A DNA stretch of 64,000 nucleotides. Origin: Octopus vulgaris (Eukaryota). The notes beneath the pieces were generated by a model that saw only the letters and a list, made by a program, of their open reading frames with translations, was not told the DNA's origin and searched no databases. Both the position numbers and the translations under genes were made by a program. Below, in pieces: positions 13,208 through 26,427 of the stretch; the first letter of the stretch is position 1; every line of letters starts with the position of its first letter. Location of the stretch: the NCBI GenBank assembly GCA_951406725.2, contig OX597826.1, forward strand, positions 22,940,001-23,004,000. The letters are read 5' to 3'.

Positions 13208-13478
13208 TGGAGGCGCAATGGCCTAGTGGTTAGGGCAGCGGACTCGCGGTCGTAGGATCGCGGTTTCGATTCCCAGACCGGGCGTTGTGAGTGTTTATTG
13301 AGCGAAAACACCTAAAAGCTCCACGAGGCTCTGACAGGGTGTGGTTATCCCTGCAATACTCTTTCACCACTCTTTCTCTCACTATTTCTTCTGTTGGCCT
13401 GCTCGAAGGCTAAAACAATGCGAACGCATTGTGACCAGCGATGTGTAACTACATCTGATGGACTGGTCGGTCACGTGA
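13208..13478 (+). mobile_element. tRNA-derived SINE, family A
   Basis: A box TGGCCTAGTGG, B box GTTTCGATTCC; homologous to 1779-2076. Confidence 0.85.
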
Positions 13479-13546
13479 TATATATCTGTATTTATATATG
13501 TATGTATTTATGTATGTATGTATATATATATATATATGTGTATATA

Positions 13547-13606
<60 letters not shown>

Positions 13607-13607
13607 C

Positions 13608-14264
13608 AAGATAAGAAAATGGAGAAATACATCTAAATCAAATATCAATTACCAGATAATACTCAATCACATACTTTATTAAACCACCACATAAGAGACT
13701 GTAGGGTTAAACATAAAAAAGCAGAACAAATCAGTGTACATAAAGGAATGTACATAAAAAAGTGTACATAAAAGAGTAATGTTGTATAATAAGTAGAATT
13801 TATATAAAAAAGAGAATATAAATATAAGTAAATATAAATATAAGTATAGATTACATCTTACAGCTGTTTCGGCCATGTAGATAAGTGTCTCATTTTACCA
13901 ATATTAGCCTTTTATGGTAGGTCAATATATAGATATAAATTAAAACATTTACAAAAATATCATAAGGCCTCTTCGCAGATATACATATACATATGAGCGC
14001 ATATATTCACACTCCTATACATATAAAAATATACATATACGTAATGATGTAAATAAATAATATAAATTAGTAAACATATATATGTTCCACATTCAATGTT
14101 TCAGTTTTTCAACTTAATATTGTGATAATAAACATACACATATTAGTACCTAGATGCAAATATACATAGTCAATAGTACATTATATTACTTCCTACTAAT
14201 TTCCAAAGTGTCATTAAAGTTAGCATCATTATCGTTGTCAATACCATTAATGCTACCATTATTA
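13608..14264 (-). mobile_element. PLE pLTR fragment with degenerate hammerhead (13852-13983)
   Basis: Minus strand: TATATCT GCGAAGA GGCC [~95 nt] GGCC GAAA CAGCTG TA AGATGTA. Terminus resembles the one at 52376. Confidence 0.6.
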
Positions 14265-14648
14265 TCTCTCTCTATATAAACGGCAGTTTGTCTGTGCGTT
14301 TTCTGTGTGTCTGTTTTCTCGTACCCTCACTCTGACCACGGCTTTCAACCGATTCTGATGAAACTTGACACACACATAGCCCAATGTCATAATTCAAAAC
14401 TAACGCAGCGAAAATTTTGAAAAGTTCCCCCAGTTCTGAAAAAATCGATAAATTCGACATGGAGTCGAGAATCAGAAACCCAAACCACAGACCGTCTAGG
14501 GGACGCAACTCCACCTTTTTTAACTCTCAGAAAAAATTTACCATCATTTTTTTTTCCATTTTTTTGCTATTTTTTGGCTATAACTCTCTAAAAATGCTTT
14601 ATAGTTATTTCCCTTACAAACCTGAGCAACGCCGGGCGATACTGCTAG
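14265..14648 (+). mobile_element. Non-autonomous Helitron
   Basis: A|TC 5' end, 3' hairpin CCTGAGCAACGCCGGG, then CTAG|T. 3' part is shared with the elements at 32546-41418. Confidence 0.8.
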
Positions 14649-15519
14649 TCATTCATAATATTATTAATAACGCTTACATTAGGATCAAAAGTGGCACATA
14701 TGTATGTCCGGGTTCTAGTTAGTAATTTTCCTTATGACATAAGTACACTATTGGATTTGAATTTAAATTATCATTGTCTTCCTCACGGTTGGTCCGCTGA
14801 GAGCCACCCGACCTCCACCACACCGCACAAGAAAAACATCCACATCCACATCCAACCCTAAACCCACACACACATGCACACACACATGAATACACCCCGA
14901 CACATCCCGACACATTTACTAGATTGCAGAGTGTATGTCTGTCATCACATGGCTTATAGACAAATCAGTACATGCAGCAGTGTCTATACACTAACCCACA
15001 CACTCACACGCACATCCGCATATACTCATAAATATTAATACACTCTCATATACTGTGTCAGGGAACATTCGCACACACATATATACATATTTAAATATAT
15101 ATCTGCGCACTCATACGTACAAATAAAACCTATACTTATAGCCACCCATGAATAAATATTCGCATATACATATATACATATCCAAATACGCACCTGCGTA
15201 CTCATATGTATAAGAAAAACATACATCCGTACATCCACCCACGACCATACCTATACGTACAAAAACATACATACGTACACATACACATTTCCACACACCT
15301 CGACGCCTCAACCCACATCCACTAAATCATAAATTAAAATATATGTCTGCCCATCCAAAGACGTATATATACATACACAAAAAGTAAACAGAAGTTACTA
15401 TTAATTTAGATATAAGTTCATTAATTATAAATTAAATTAAATTAATTATAAGTTAGTAAGTGCCAAATAAACAAAAATAAATAATTAAATAAATAAATAT
15501 AAATATATATATATATATT

Positions 15520-16043
15520 AGTAATGCAATACTAGAGTATTGCTTTCCAGTAAAGAATAGCCCGTGAGGGAAAAATATACAAAGAAGTAAATATATGGCA
15601 CAACGAAGTACCGATATTTACTGGAAATAGCGAACGTAATAATACGACGCTAATGTATAGCTTCACCGCGTATGTACTAGCAAAAATGCGTGTGTGCAAC
15701 AAACTAGAAAAAATTGTCTTACCTCCAGGGAGAACATCTGAAAGATGAAATACCTGGAAAAGGATAATGTGGGACCTGCGCAGGTTTCAGATTTTTCAAG
15801 ATATGTCTGCACCCATAAACTTGATCTATCTTCATCAGCCAAACATATACCACGACAACATTTCAGATGTTACCACATTAATGCCATTACACTCGACTGA
15901 AACGCCGAAACGCTAACAGCTAGTTTGTTGCACACACGCATTTTTGCTAGTACATACGCGGTGAAGCTATACATTAGCGTCGTATTATTACGTTCGCTAT
16001 TTCCAGTAAATATCGGTACTTCGTTGTGCCATATATTTACTTT

Positions 16044-16047
<4 letters not shown>
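15520..16047. mobile_element. Fold-back PLE-type element
   Basis: Inverted arms 15585-15708 and 15920-16043, hammerhead in the spacer, TA-rich flanks. Confidence 0.8.
15767..15846 (-). ncRNA. Type I hammerhead ribozyme
   Basis: Minus strand: TGG CTGATGA AGAT...ATCT GAAA CCTGCGCAGG TC CCA. Perfectly palindromic stem III, GUC site. Confidence 0.8.
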
Positions 16048-16092
<45 letters not shown>

Positions 16093-16546
16093 ATGTATAG
16101 ATAAATAGATAAATAAAATGGAATACAAATTAAGAAGAGCACAAAGATAAACCTAATATAGTAAATATAAGTGGATACGCCGAAATGCACCCACATGCAC
16201 ATACATGTGCATGCACACATATATATGCACACAAACACACACATATACAAACACATCTGTAGACATACATTCACCTATATGCATCCATATATTTTCACAC
16301 TCAAGACATCCCTACAAGATGGGCATGGTTGGAATATTGTTAATCATAGTTTTGCTCAAAACTGGCGAACCAGCAAAGTCGTCAGAGCCACAGACAGTAT
16401 ACCGCGTGGTAGTTTACTCTAGTTAGTTTTGAGTTCAAATCCCGCTTAGGTCAACGTTGTCGATTGTTTCCCGGGGTCGATAAAATAACGTTATATATGT
16501 TTGCTTTCAGATTTGTCTTTTGTAATATAAAGCTTTCCTTTCATAA

Positions 16547-16798
16547 AAAATATAAATGCGCCCTTTTAAAGCCTAGCCAGGCTCATGGGCCCGGTTTCCC
16601 GGTTTCCATGGCGCATGTGTTCCCCAGCGGGATGGGACGCCAGTCCATCGCAGCGTTACTTATTTTTGCCAGCTGAGTGGACTGGAGCAACGTGAATTGA
16701 AGTGTTTTGCTCAAGAACACAACGCATCGCCCGGTCCAGGAATCGAAACCACAATCTTACGATCATGATTCTGACACCACTAAACCACGCGCCTCCAC
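16547..16798 (-). mobile_element. tRNA-derived SINE with apparent TSD
   Basis: Minus-strand head GGAGGCGCGTGGTTTAGTGG...GTTTCGATTCC. TTCCTTTCATAA on both sides. Confidence 0.75.
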
Positions 16799-17139
16799 TT
16801 CCTTTCATAAGTCCCAAGTTATTTTGGTGGTTGAAAAACAATATTGGTAATGTGTATCATATATGATGCATGGATACCAGGGAAGTATGTCCCGTCTATT
16901 GAAAGCATTTTCATAAGTTTTTCCTAAATGTCCATGTTCATTTTCAGATTTTCAGACTTTTTAATTGACCCTTGGTTCACACGTTCTGCGTATCATATAT
17001 AATGCAGAGACGCCAGAGAATATGTCCTATGTATCACACGTGATACACAAGACTGGTAAAGGGCTAAACACAATACTACTGTGTCGAATCATTTCCCTCA
17101 ACTCCTTGTTTCATACATTCTGAGCGTTTCATACATTCT

Positions 17140-17419
17140 GGGCATATGGCGTAGTGGTTAAGAGCGCGGGCTACTAACCCTAAGATTCCGAGTTCGATTC
17201 CAAGCAGTGATTTGAATAATAATAATAATAATAACAACAACAACAACATCTAAGAATACCTTAGGAATGGGAACCCAGGTTCCCCAAGACACCTGATGAA
17301 GGCTAGATGATATATCAGTCGAAATGTTGTGTTAATAAACAAGATGAGGACAAATATCCGTGGAATGTAAATAATGTAAATAATGCACATTATTCCTCAT
17401 CTCTTAAATATAGAACTGT
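17140..17419 (+). mobile_element. tRNA(Ser-like)-headed SINE carrying a hammerhead motif
   Basis: A box TGGCGTAGTGG, B box GAGTTCGATTCC, (AAT)n linker, HHR motif at 17288-17333. Confidence 0.75.
17288..17333 (+). ncRNA. Minimal hammerhead motif inside the SINE
   Basis: GACAC CTGATGA A GGCT AGAT GATAT ATC AGTC GAAA TG TT GTGTT. Confidence 0.6.
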
Positions 17420-17625
17420 AATATAAAGCTTTCTTTTGATAAGTTCCAAGTTACTCTGGTGATCGAAAATGTATATTAGTAATGTGTATCATATATAATG
17501 CATGGACATCGGGGAAATATGTCCTGAGTGCCGCACGTGATACACAGGACCGGCAAAGGATTAAGAAGAAATAGAAAGAGAAAACTCTAGATACAATGGC
17601 AAAGATACTGGATGGTCACGAAAGG

Positions 17626-17863
17626 AAGGCGGCGAGCTGGCAGAAACGTTAGCGCGCTGGGCGAAATGCGTAGCCGTATTTCGTCTGCCGCTACGTTCTA
17701 AGTTCAAATTCCGCCGAGGTCGACTTTGCCTTTCATCCTTTCGGGGTCGATAAATTAAGTACCAGTTACGCACTGGGGTCGATATAATCGACTTAATCCG
17801 TTTGTCTGTCCTTGTTTGTCCCCTCTATGTGCAGCCCCTTGTGGGCAGTAAAGAAATAAGAAA
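17626..17863 (+). mobile_element. SINE with conserved central domain (Meta-domain-like)
   Basis: GGCGGCGAGCTGGCAGAA head, GACTTTGCCTTTCATCCTTTCGGGGTCGATAAA core, AAGAAAT tail. Degenerate relatives near 16370, 19025, 22560(-), 23180, 23865, 24300(-), 43770 and 44160(-). Confidence 0.8.
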
Positions 17864-17955
17864 GGGAAAATGGTAAATTAAGGCCAGCTGTGATTCGTAA
17901 CATGCACCTTGCTTTCATTAATTGATTAAGTTCCTCGTATGTAATCACGAAATGA

Positions 17956-18274
17956 AGGCGCGTCGCTTAGTGGTTAGGGCATTCGGCTCACGCTCGCAAG
18001 GTCGTGAGTTCAATTCCCGGCGGCGCGATGCGTACTTGAGCAAGACACTTTATTTCAAGTTGTTTCAGTCCACTCAACTGGCAAAAATGAGTGGCACCTG
18101 TATTTCAAACAGCCAGTCTTGTCATACTCTGTGTTCCGCTGAATCTCCCTGAGAACTACGTTAAGGGTACACGTGTCTGTGGAATGCTCAGCCACTTGCA
18201 CGTTAATTTTACGATCAGGCTGTTCTGTTGATCGGATCAACTGGAACACTCGTCGTAACCGACGGAGAGCCAGT
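17956..18274 (+). mobile_element. tRNA-derived SINE (TTGAGCAAGACACTT core)
   Basis: A/B boxes and core motif. Related fragments at 18276-18420(-), 23575-23820 and 24622-24745. Confidence 0.75.
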
Positions 18275-18454
18275 TACTCATTTACAGCTGAGGAAGTAGG
18301 AGTCAATGTGAAATGAAGGGCTTTGCTCAAGGACACAACGCAACGACCGACCCGCTCCGGGAACTGAACCCGTGACCGAATGATCTTCAGCTGAGCATCG
18401 TTACCACTAGACCATGCACATTCACCATGCGCATTACAAAGGTAAGTCAGAGGG

Positions 18455-18612
18455 CAGTAATGGCGATAATGAAGGTAATGGGAGATGGTGGTGATGACGG
18501 TGATGACGGTGATGACGGTGATGATGATGATGATGACGATGATGGTAATGATGGCAATGACGGTGATGGTGGTGGTGATGATGGTCGTCGTCATCATTGT
18601 CGTCATCGTCGC
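18455..18612. repeat. Degenerate (GAT/GGT)n trinucleotide tract
   Basis: Seen directly. Confidence 0.9.
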
Positions 18613-19938
18613 CGTATAAAACAGCGCAAACGGATGAAGTCTCTCACCTAGAAACAAGGACGATAACCCATTTCCACTCGCATGGCTTTGGTCGACTCAA
18701 AACTCTGGTTACGAGACACTTGGCCAAAACATCGCACCACGAAATCGAACCCGAAACCAAGCCATTGAGAAGTAGACTTCTTAACTACGAAGCCGAACCT
18801 AACACATCTATGACCAATGGTATTCTAAATGTGTAATTTCAGATTTAGTGTATCAAGGAATTCATTTATGCAAATTAGCATAGTTATTAGAGCGTCGTAC
18901 AAGATGCTTCACGATATGCGGTTTTGTTCTAACTCGCTGTGTTCTGAGTTCGTGTCATGCCGTGATCAACATTGCCTTTTGGCATCGATAAAAATGATCC
19001 TATACAAGATGATATATATATAGATTGGCAGAACTGTTGAACCGGGTGCCTTGTGGTATTTATTCTGGCTCCTTGTCTTCTGAGTTCAAATCACGGCGAG
19101 ATCAACTTTGCCTTACATCTTTCTTGCGGTCACTAATAAAAAAAAATAGCAGTCCAAGACAGTGGATCGGTGGAACAGTAAAAAGGTCGAATCGGAGGCC
19201 TTGAGGCATTTGTTCTAGCTCTTTCCGTTCTTAGTTCAAATCCTGCCGAGGCTTACTCGTGTGGTAGACTTAATTTGTCTCTTGGTTTGACCCTACTACT
19301 TGGTTCTTGACCCCACTACTTGGTTCTTAACCCTTAGGCACCTATACTAGAGTCCACATTATAGTTGGTCTCTGATTTCAGGATCTTTTACTCCCTCTCC
19401 CCCTCCATCGCTTCCTCCATTCCTTCATTTCTCCCTTCTTTTCCACCGGTCTCGGAAGCCTTACAATAAATCATAGACACTGTTTTACCTTCTATCTAAA
19501 ATTAGTCTAAATGATCTTTAAAATTCCTAGTAAGATTTGGTTACGAAAAGGCTTCCTCGTTGATACAAATTCCAGAAGTTCCAGATGTGTGTATTCTAAG
19601 GTATAGTGTATCAAGGACTACACTTATAAAATATGTCCTTTTCAACCCTTTTATGTATTTCTAAGATAGCAGGATGTCAACTGAGGGAGATTTAGCTGTC
19701 ATTTTTACGAAGTCTAGCATAATGGTGATGCTTCTTCGGTGTTATTACTTTCAAAAATTCTAGAAGTGAATTTTCAGATATAGTGTACGTTGGACTACAT
19801 TTATACAATGTAACCCATAAAAACTTCGGATTATAGGATATCATTTGAGGGAAATTTGTATAAATATTCTTCGTTGATACTACTTCCAAACATTTTAGAT
19901 GTCTATTTTCAGATATAGTGTATCTTGGACTACATTTA

Positions 19939-20143
19939 TGAGGGAGTGCTGAAAAGCTCCTGGCTCCAAGGGTGTCGCGAAAGGTCTGGTTGGAGGCCCA
20001 GTCTTCCGAGATTTTTTACAGGGCTTAGAAAAACTGCAATAAATGTGTGAATCTGAGAAGGGAATACGCCGAATAAAATCATAATCAACTGATCCTTTTG
20101 CATTTTCTTTTATCCAAAGCCAGGAACTTTTCAGCGCCTCTCA
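19939..20143. mobile_element. Tc1/mariner-type MITE
   Basis: TIRs TGAGGGAGTGCTGAAAAGCTCCTGGCT and AGCCAGGAACTTTTCAGCGCCTCTCA; TA on both sides. Confidence 0.85.
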
Positions 20144-20639
20144 TACACAATATGGCCGTTCCAATCCAATCCATCTCACACAATAGTACGTGAATTGAGT
20201 GAGATATGATCGCCATTTCTAGGAGATGAAACGATCACGGCAAAGCTTCTACGTTGACACAAGTTCCCAAAGTTTCCCTTTGTCTTTCATATATTTTTTT
20301 CTAAATTTTATCTATTTATTCATGTTTTTGTTATCTTGGCAAAGGCGATATCGGTAATGAAACAAGCTGATGCGGACTCTACAGTTCTTCCACATTGATT
20401 TGTTTAACGTTAGTATCGATAAGTCTATATTTATATCTGTACTTTTGAAGTTACCAAACAGGCGATGGATGTTTATATCACGTTTTATTCCCAGTCATGT
20501 ATTGATTGATCTGATGATTATGACTATAAAACCAGCAACACTTCGCCTGATTTACGTGTGTTTGAGTATGTGTGAGAGAGAGTGTGTGTGTGTGTATGTG
20601 TGTGTGAGCGCATGTGCGTGTATGTATGCATATATGCAC

Positions 20640-20703
<64 letters not shown>

Positions 20704-20797
20704 ATTTGTATGTATATACACACACGTATATGAACATGTGTATATGAATATTATACATATATATATATATACATACATACATACTTATACACACATG

Positions 20798-20839
<42 letters not shown>

Positions 20840-20954
20840 CACACACACACAATACATCTCTTTCTTCAGCTATCGATATGCAGAAGACTTAAGTAGTATA
20901 TAAACAATCTGACAATCTGATTTCATTTGGACGCAAGCGTGACTGTGTATGAGC

Positions 20955-21215
20955 GATGGTGGCGGCGGTGGCGGTGGCGGTGGCAGTGGCGGTGATGGTG
21001 GTGGTGATAACGGTGGTGATGGCAGCTGTGACAGTAACAGTGGCAGTGGTGGTGGTGGTAGTGACGGTGGTGGTCATGGCGGCAACCATGAGCTTGTAGC
21101 TTCTGGTTTCCCTATACACACGGTACTTCCACCTTCTTCTTCTTCTTCTTTTTCTTCTTCTTCTTCTTCTTCTTCTTCTTCTTCTTCTTCTTCTTCTTCT
21201 TCTTCTTCTTCTTCA
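20955..21215. repeat. (GGT/GGC)n and (TTC)n tracts
   Basis: Seen directly. Confidence 0.9.
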
Positions 21216-21424
21216 TTTAATTCTTGGTAGAGGGAGCAGGATGGGGGCTAATGCGCTAGGCGTTGCTCTATAGGAAATTTCTTCAAAAGTCGGTGTGCAG
21301 AGTGAGTATGGCCCGAGTATAGACACGCAGTCACCATGCATCAGTAAGCCGAAAGACACGATTCTGGGAAATCACTGTGTTTTATTGTTGTTGCTGTTGT
21401 TTTTTTGTAACTGGAATTTGTAAA

Positions 21425-21827
21425 ACGTCCTTTGTGGGACTTCACAATCCAGAGAGTGAGAGCTCTTGAACATAACAGGCCAGGCATAACTTCGATGGGG
21501 AAAGGCACTATAAGGGGCTGTTTGTTTGCTGAATGATGTAGCTTGGTCTGGAGAGCATTACAACAAAAATTGAGAATAAAGAAAATGAGAATAACGAATA
21601 AAGAAACTGAGAAAATTGTAAAATATGCAGATTTGAGAATAGATATCGAGAGAAAGCAGAATATGAAAGCAACAGGGGTGACATTTGTGATTTGAACACT
21701 TGGGTCGGTGTCGAAAAACCTTAAGAAACACTCTGACACAGTTGGAATCAGTTTTAGCATTACGACTTTGCAAAAGATAATACTTCTGGAACAGCAAATA
21801 TCCTACGGAACATGCTGCCTGTCTGAT
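21425..21827 (+). pseudogene. Decayed REL-endonuclease C-terminus of an R4/Dong-like LINE
   Basis: Piecewise translation: LWDFTIQ..ALEHNRPGIT...CLLNDVA...KENEK..IVKYADLRIDIER...VI*TLGSVSKNLKK...LQKIILL. Confidence 0.7.
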
Positions 21828-22081
21828 GTTATACAAGATCATCACTGTACAAATAAAGGAATAACGAGAAATAGCAACCAAATCTTCTTTAAACTACACT
21901 GTAACGTCTAAAAAAAATGGACGACATATCGTGCCCCAGAACAGTTTACGAGTATTTCCTCGCCTGAGGCTGACCAAAGAGGTTCCCTCTTGTTGAGTGC
22001 TATCAATAACACTTAAATTAAAGCCAGTCTCCGAGGATGGGAAGTTTTACCGAACTCACGATTTTTCAAGCACTTACAAGG

Positions 22082-22178
22082 TCATCGTCATCATCATCAT
22101 CACCACCACCACCACCATCATCATCATCATCTTTATCATATCTTTATCATCATCATCATCAGCAGCAGCAGCAGCATT

Positions 22179-22212
<34 letters not shown>

Positions 22213-22390
22213 CCTTCATCACCACCACCATTATCATCGTCATCATCATCATCCTTATCATCATCATCATCATCATCACCATCACCATCATCACCATTAT
22301 CATCATTACCACCATCACCTTCATCATCATCATCTTCATAACCACCACTACCACCACCACCACCACCACCACCATCAGCAGCAGCAGGAG
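22082..22390. repeat. (CAT/CAC/CAG)n compound microsatellite
   Basis: Seen directly. Confidence 0.95.
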
Positions 22391-24940
22391 CGTCATCTCT
22401 CGTCGTTGTCGTCGACATCAGCACTACATTTCAAAGAATAGCAACTTTGGTAACCAATTCTTTCTCCACTTGTTTTCCCTTCAAACCTTTATTTACAGTT
22501 TTACCATAAGAAAAGTGGAAGCGCATTTTATACCGGTTTCAAATTTTGAAATAAGGCCAGCAATTTCGGAGGAAGAGTTTAAGTCGATTACATCGGCACC
22601 AGCGCTCAACTCTGTAAGGATGAAAAGTAAAGTCGACCGCAACGGAATTTGATCTCAGAGCGTAAAGACAAATTAGATGCCGCTCATTATCTAGATTGCC
22701 GCCGTAAGTATATTTAATATCAATCTGCAATGCCCAGTAAGTAAGCTGGAGGTCGTAAGTTCGCTAAAAGTTGGAGACTGATTTAATTCGAATGTAATTA
22801 ATAACATGCAACGAGGCACCAACATGCAAAGCTACAAGAGAAATACATTTTTTGAAAAAATAACCTGTGAAAATTTGAAAAACTTGAAGTGGTTGGAAGA
22901 AATTTATCAAGATCCAGTTGTTGTAATGCGAAAATCGAGCTGAAAAGCAAATCAATTACACCAATTTAGCTGTTGAATTAATTAATTAGTTAGTAAGTTA
23001 ATTAATTAAAAAGGCATTATAACAATTAAGGAATGTGTCCATCAATGCATTTGTAATTAGTGCAAATGGAATGAGATACAACGATTTAAGAAAAGACATT
23101 GAAAGACTGTATAATAGTGTCTCTTAAGGTTGCAATGCCCCATCGTGGATGGGGATAGGGCAATATAGTAACGTTTCTCCGCCGAGGTTGACTTTACCTT
23201 TCATCCTTTCGGGATCGTTAAATTAAATACCAGTTGCGTTCTGGGGTTGATCTAATCGACTGGCTCGCGCCCCCAAAATTTCGGGCCTTGTGCCTAGAGT
23301 AGAAAAAAATATAGTAACATTTCAGTGGGGCAAGGGTTACTTTAAAATGGGGCGTAAAATAAAGTTTTAATTAAAATTTCTTTTGAATAAACACATAACT
23401 AAAGGCGGCGAGATATAAAAGTGTTACTTATATATCTTCCGTTCGAAAAACCAGATATTTTAAATTTTTATGGAAGGAAAGAAAAAAAGAAAGACTCAAA
23501 CAAACAAACAGGCAAAAACAAATGATACTTCCATTTTCTAACTTATTTTTAAGTAATTATTAATGTATTCAACATGGCGCATGGTTCAATGGTTAGAGCG
23601 TCAGGCTTACAATCGTGAGGACGTGAGTTGGATTCCTAGACCGGGCTTGTCAAGATACTTTATTTCCCGTTGATCCAGTTCATTCAGCTGTAGAAATGAG
23701 TTGCGACGTCGCTGGTGCCAAGCTGTAATAGCCCCTTTGCCTTTCCCTTGGATAACATCCGTAACGAGGAGAGGGGAGACTGATATGCATGAGCGACTGC
23801 TGGTCTTTCATAAACAACTTTCCGTGGTCATTCGTGGCCGAAGAAGGTCTTTACCAAGAAGCCGGCGAGCTGGCATAAACGATACCGCAACGGACAAAAT
23901 GCTTAGCGACATTTCTTCCGGCTTTACTTCCTGAGTTCAAACGTCAGCGAGGTTGACTTTGCTTTTCTCATCATTTCGGGGTTGATAAAATAATGCCAGG
24001 TGACTTGACCCCACTTTCTCTCTTATTTTGACCTTAGGCCAAAATAAGAAAGAATTATGTATTTCGCTGTATATTTCCAAGAATTCTTACTCACACACAC
24101 ACACACTACAAACACACACACACACTACAAACACACACACACACATACATTCAGACATACATATATACATATATATATATATGCATATGTATATATATAT
24201 ATATGAGTGTATGTGTGTATGTACATACATGCTCACATTTTGCCAGCTCACCACTTGAATAATAATTTCTTTCTAATTCTGACACAAGGCCAGCAATTTT
24301 GACAGGATTACATCGTGTCACTCCCTTCTAGTGCTCTACTGATCCTTATCTTATCGAACCTGAAAGGATGAAAAGCAATGTCGATCTTGGGGGAATTTGC
24401 ACTCAGAACGTAATGAACTGTTGCGCATTTTATTTAATCTATCGCGGCCAATTGCATTCACTTTCATTCACCCTTAAAAATACATGAAACGCTAAAAATT
24501 AGGGGGCGGTAAAAAGAAAAAGAAAATTATTGGAAATGAAAGAATAAAACTTATGCAAAACAGGAAGTTTCTAATTAAGTAGTTTATACAATGACGACAT
24601 TTTGGGAAATTTGCGTAGGTTCAGGCGTGGCTGTGTGGTAAGAAGTTTGCTTCTAAACCTCATGTTTCCGGGTTCAATCCCTATCTGTGGCACCTTGGGC
24701 AAGTGTCTTCTAGTATTGTCTCGGGACGACTAAAGTCTTGTGAGTCGATCTCGTAGGATTTTATCCTGTATATGTAATACATTTTTTCGCTGTATTGTGT
24801 GTTTGTTACTTTTTGTATCCGATATTTATTATTGATTTTCTATAATAATGAAGTTGTAACCCTTAATTTGCTGCTTTTGTATACACAAACCGAGATATAT
24901 CTTGCGGAATAAACGTTATTTTAACGAGATATATCTTGTA

Positions 24941-24995
24941 ATCACCTGAAGAGACACATCTACGATGCTAGATGGGTCGAAACAATTATAGTGAT
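24941..24995 (+). ncRNA. Type I hammerhead motif (solo, old pLTR-like context)
   Basis: ATCAC CTGAAGA GAC A CATCTA CGATGC TAGATG G GTC GAAA CAATTA TA GTGAT. Confidence 0.75.
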
Positions 24996-25275
24996 CAATA
25001 AACGTATAAACATTCTCGAATCTTCCATTTTCACTCTCTACGAGAATAGAAAAACAGCCAACAACTGATGAAGTGTCGTTCTTTATGTTGTTTGTCTTGT
25101 TTTCCATTTGTGTTTTTCAACGGATGTTGGTTATGTTTACGTCCCTGTAACTTAGCGGTTACAAAGAATAAGTCCTAGGGTCAATTTGTACGACTAAAGG
25201 CGGTGCTCCAGCATGGCCGCAGTCAAATGACTGAAACAGGTAAAAGAATAAAGGTATATATATGTATATACATAT

Positions 25276-25353
<78 letters not shown>

Positions 25354-25685
25354 AATACTGCCAATCATTTTGCCCGATGTGCTAACGATTCTGTCAAGCT
25401 CACCGCCTTAGGGTACCTGGAAATATTGAAACCGTTCATAAGATGAAGATGAGGAGGAGGAGAACGACGACGATGATGATGGTGATGACAATGATTGCTA
25501 TTATGGTTCAGATGATGATGATGATGATGACGGCGACGACGATGATGGTTATGGTGATGCTGATACACAAACACACATGTATGCATCATATATTTACGTA
25601 TGTGTCTGTGTGTACGCCTAGTACATACATATACTTAAAAGCACGTATCTATCCATCTCTCTCTCTATATATATATATATGTATT

Positions 25686-26199
<514 letters not shown>

Positions 26200-26237
26200 T
26201 ACACACACACATATATATATGTATGTATGTATATATG

Positions 26238-26279
<42 letters not shown>

Positions 26280-26373
26280 TAAGGGCTCCTAAATTAAGAT
26301 GCCGAGTGGTGGGAACACAAAAAGGGGATGAATTTATCGAGAGTGAAAATCAAAAACGTTTACCGTATATACC

Positions 26374-26425
<52 letters not shown>

Positions 26426-26427
<2 letters not shown>

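Noticed and set aside
19550-19940. Three or four degenerate repeats reading YKCSP.YTISEN..L..L on the minus strand, superficially Sushi/CCP-like
   Set aside because: They lack the conserved Trp and other Cys residues, spacing is irregular and stops are present. More likely decayed tandem copies of an old interspersed repeat.
21997-22441. Poly-His/Ser/Asp/Met ORFs (also 18274-18657, 20889-21230, 25365-25589)
   Set aside because: Trinucleotide microsatellites open in several frames; no unique coding context or splice evidence.
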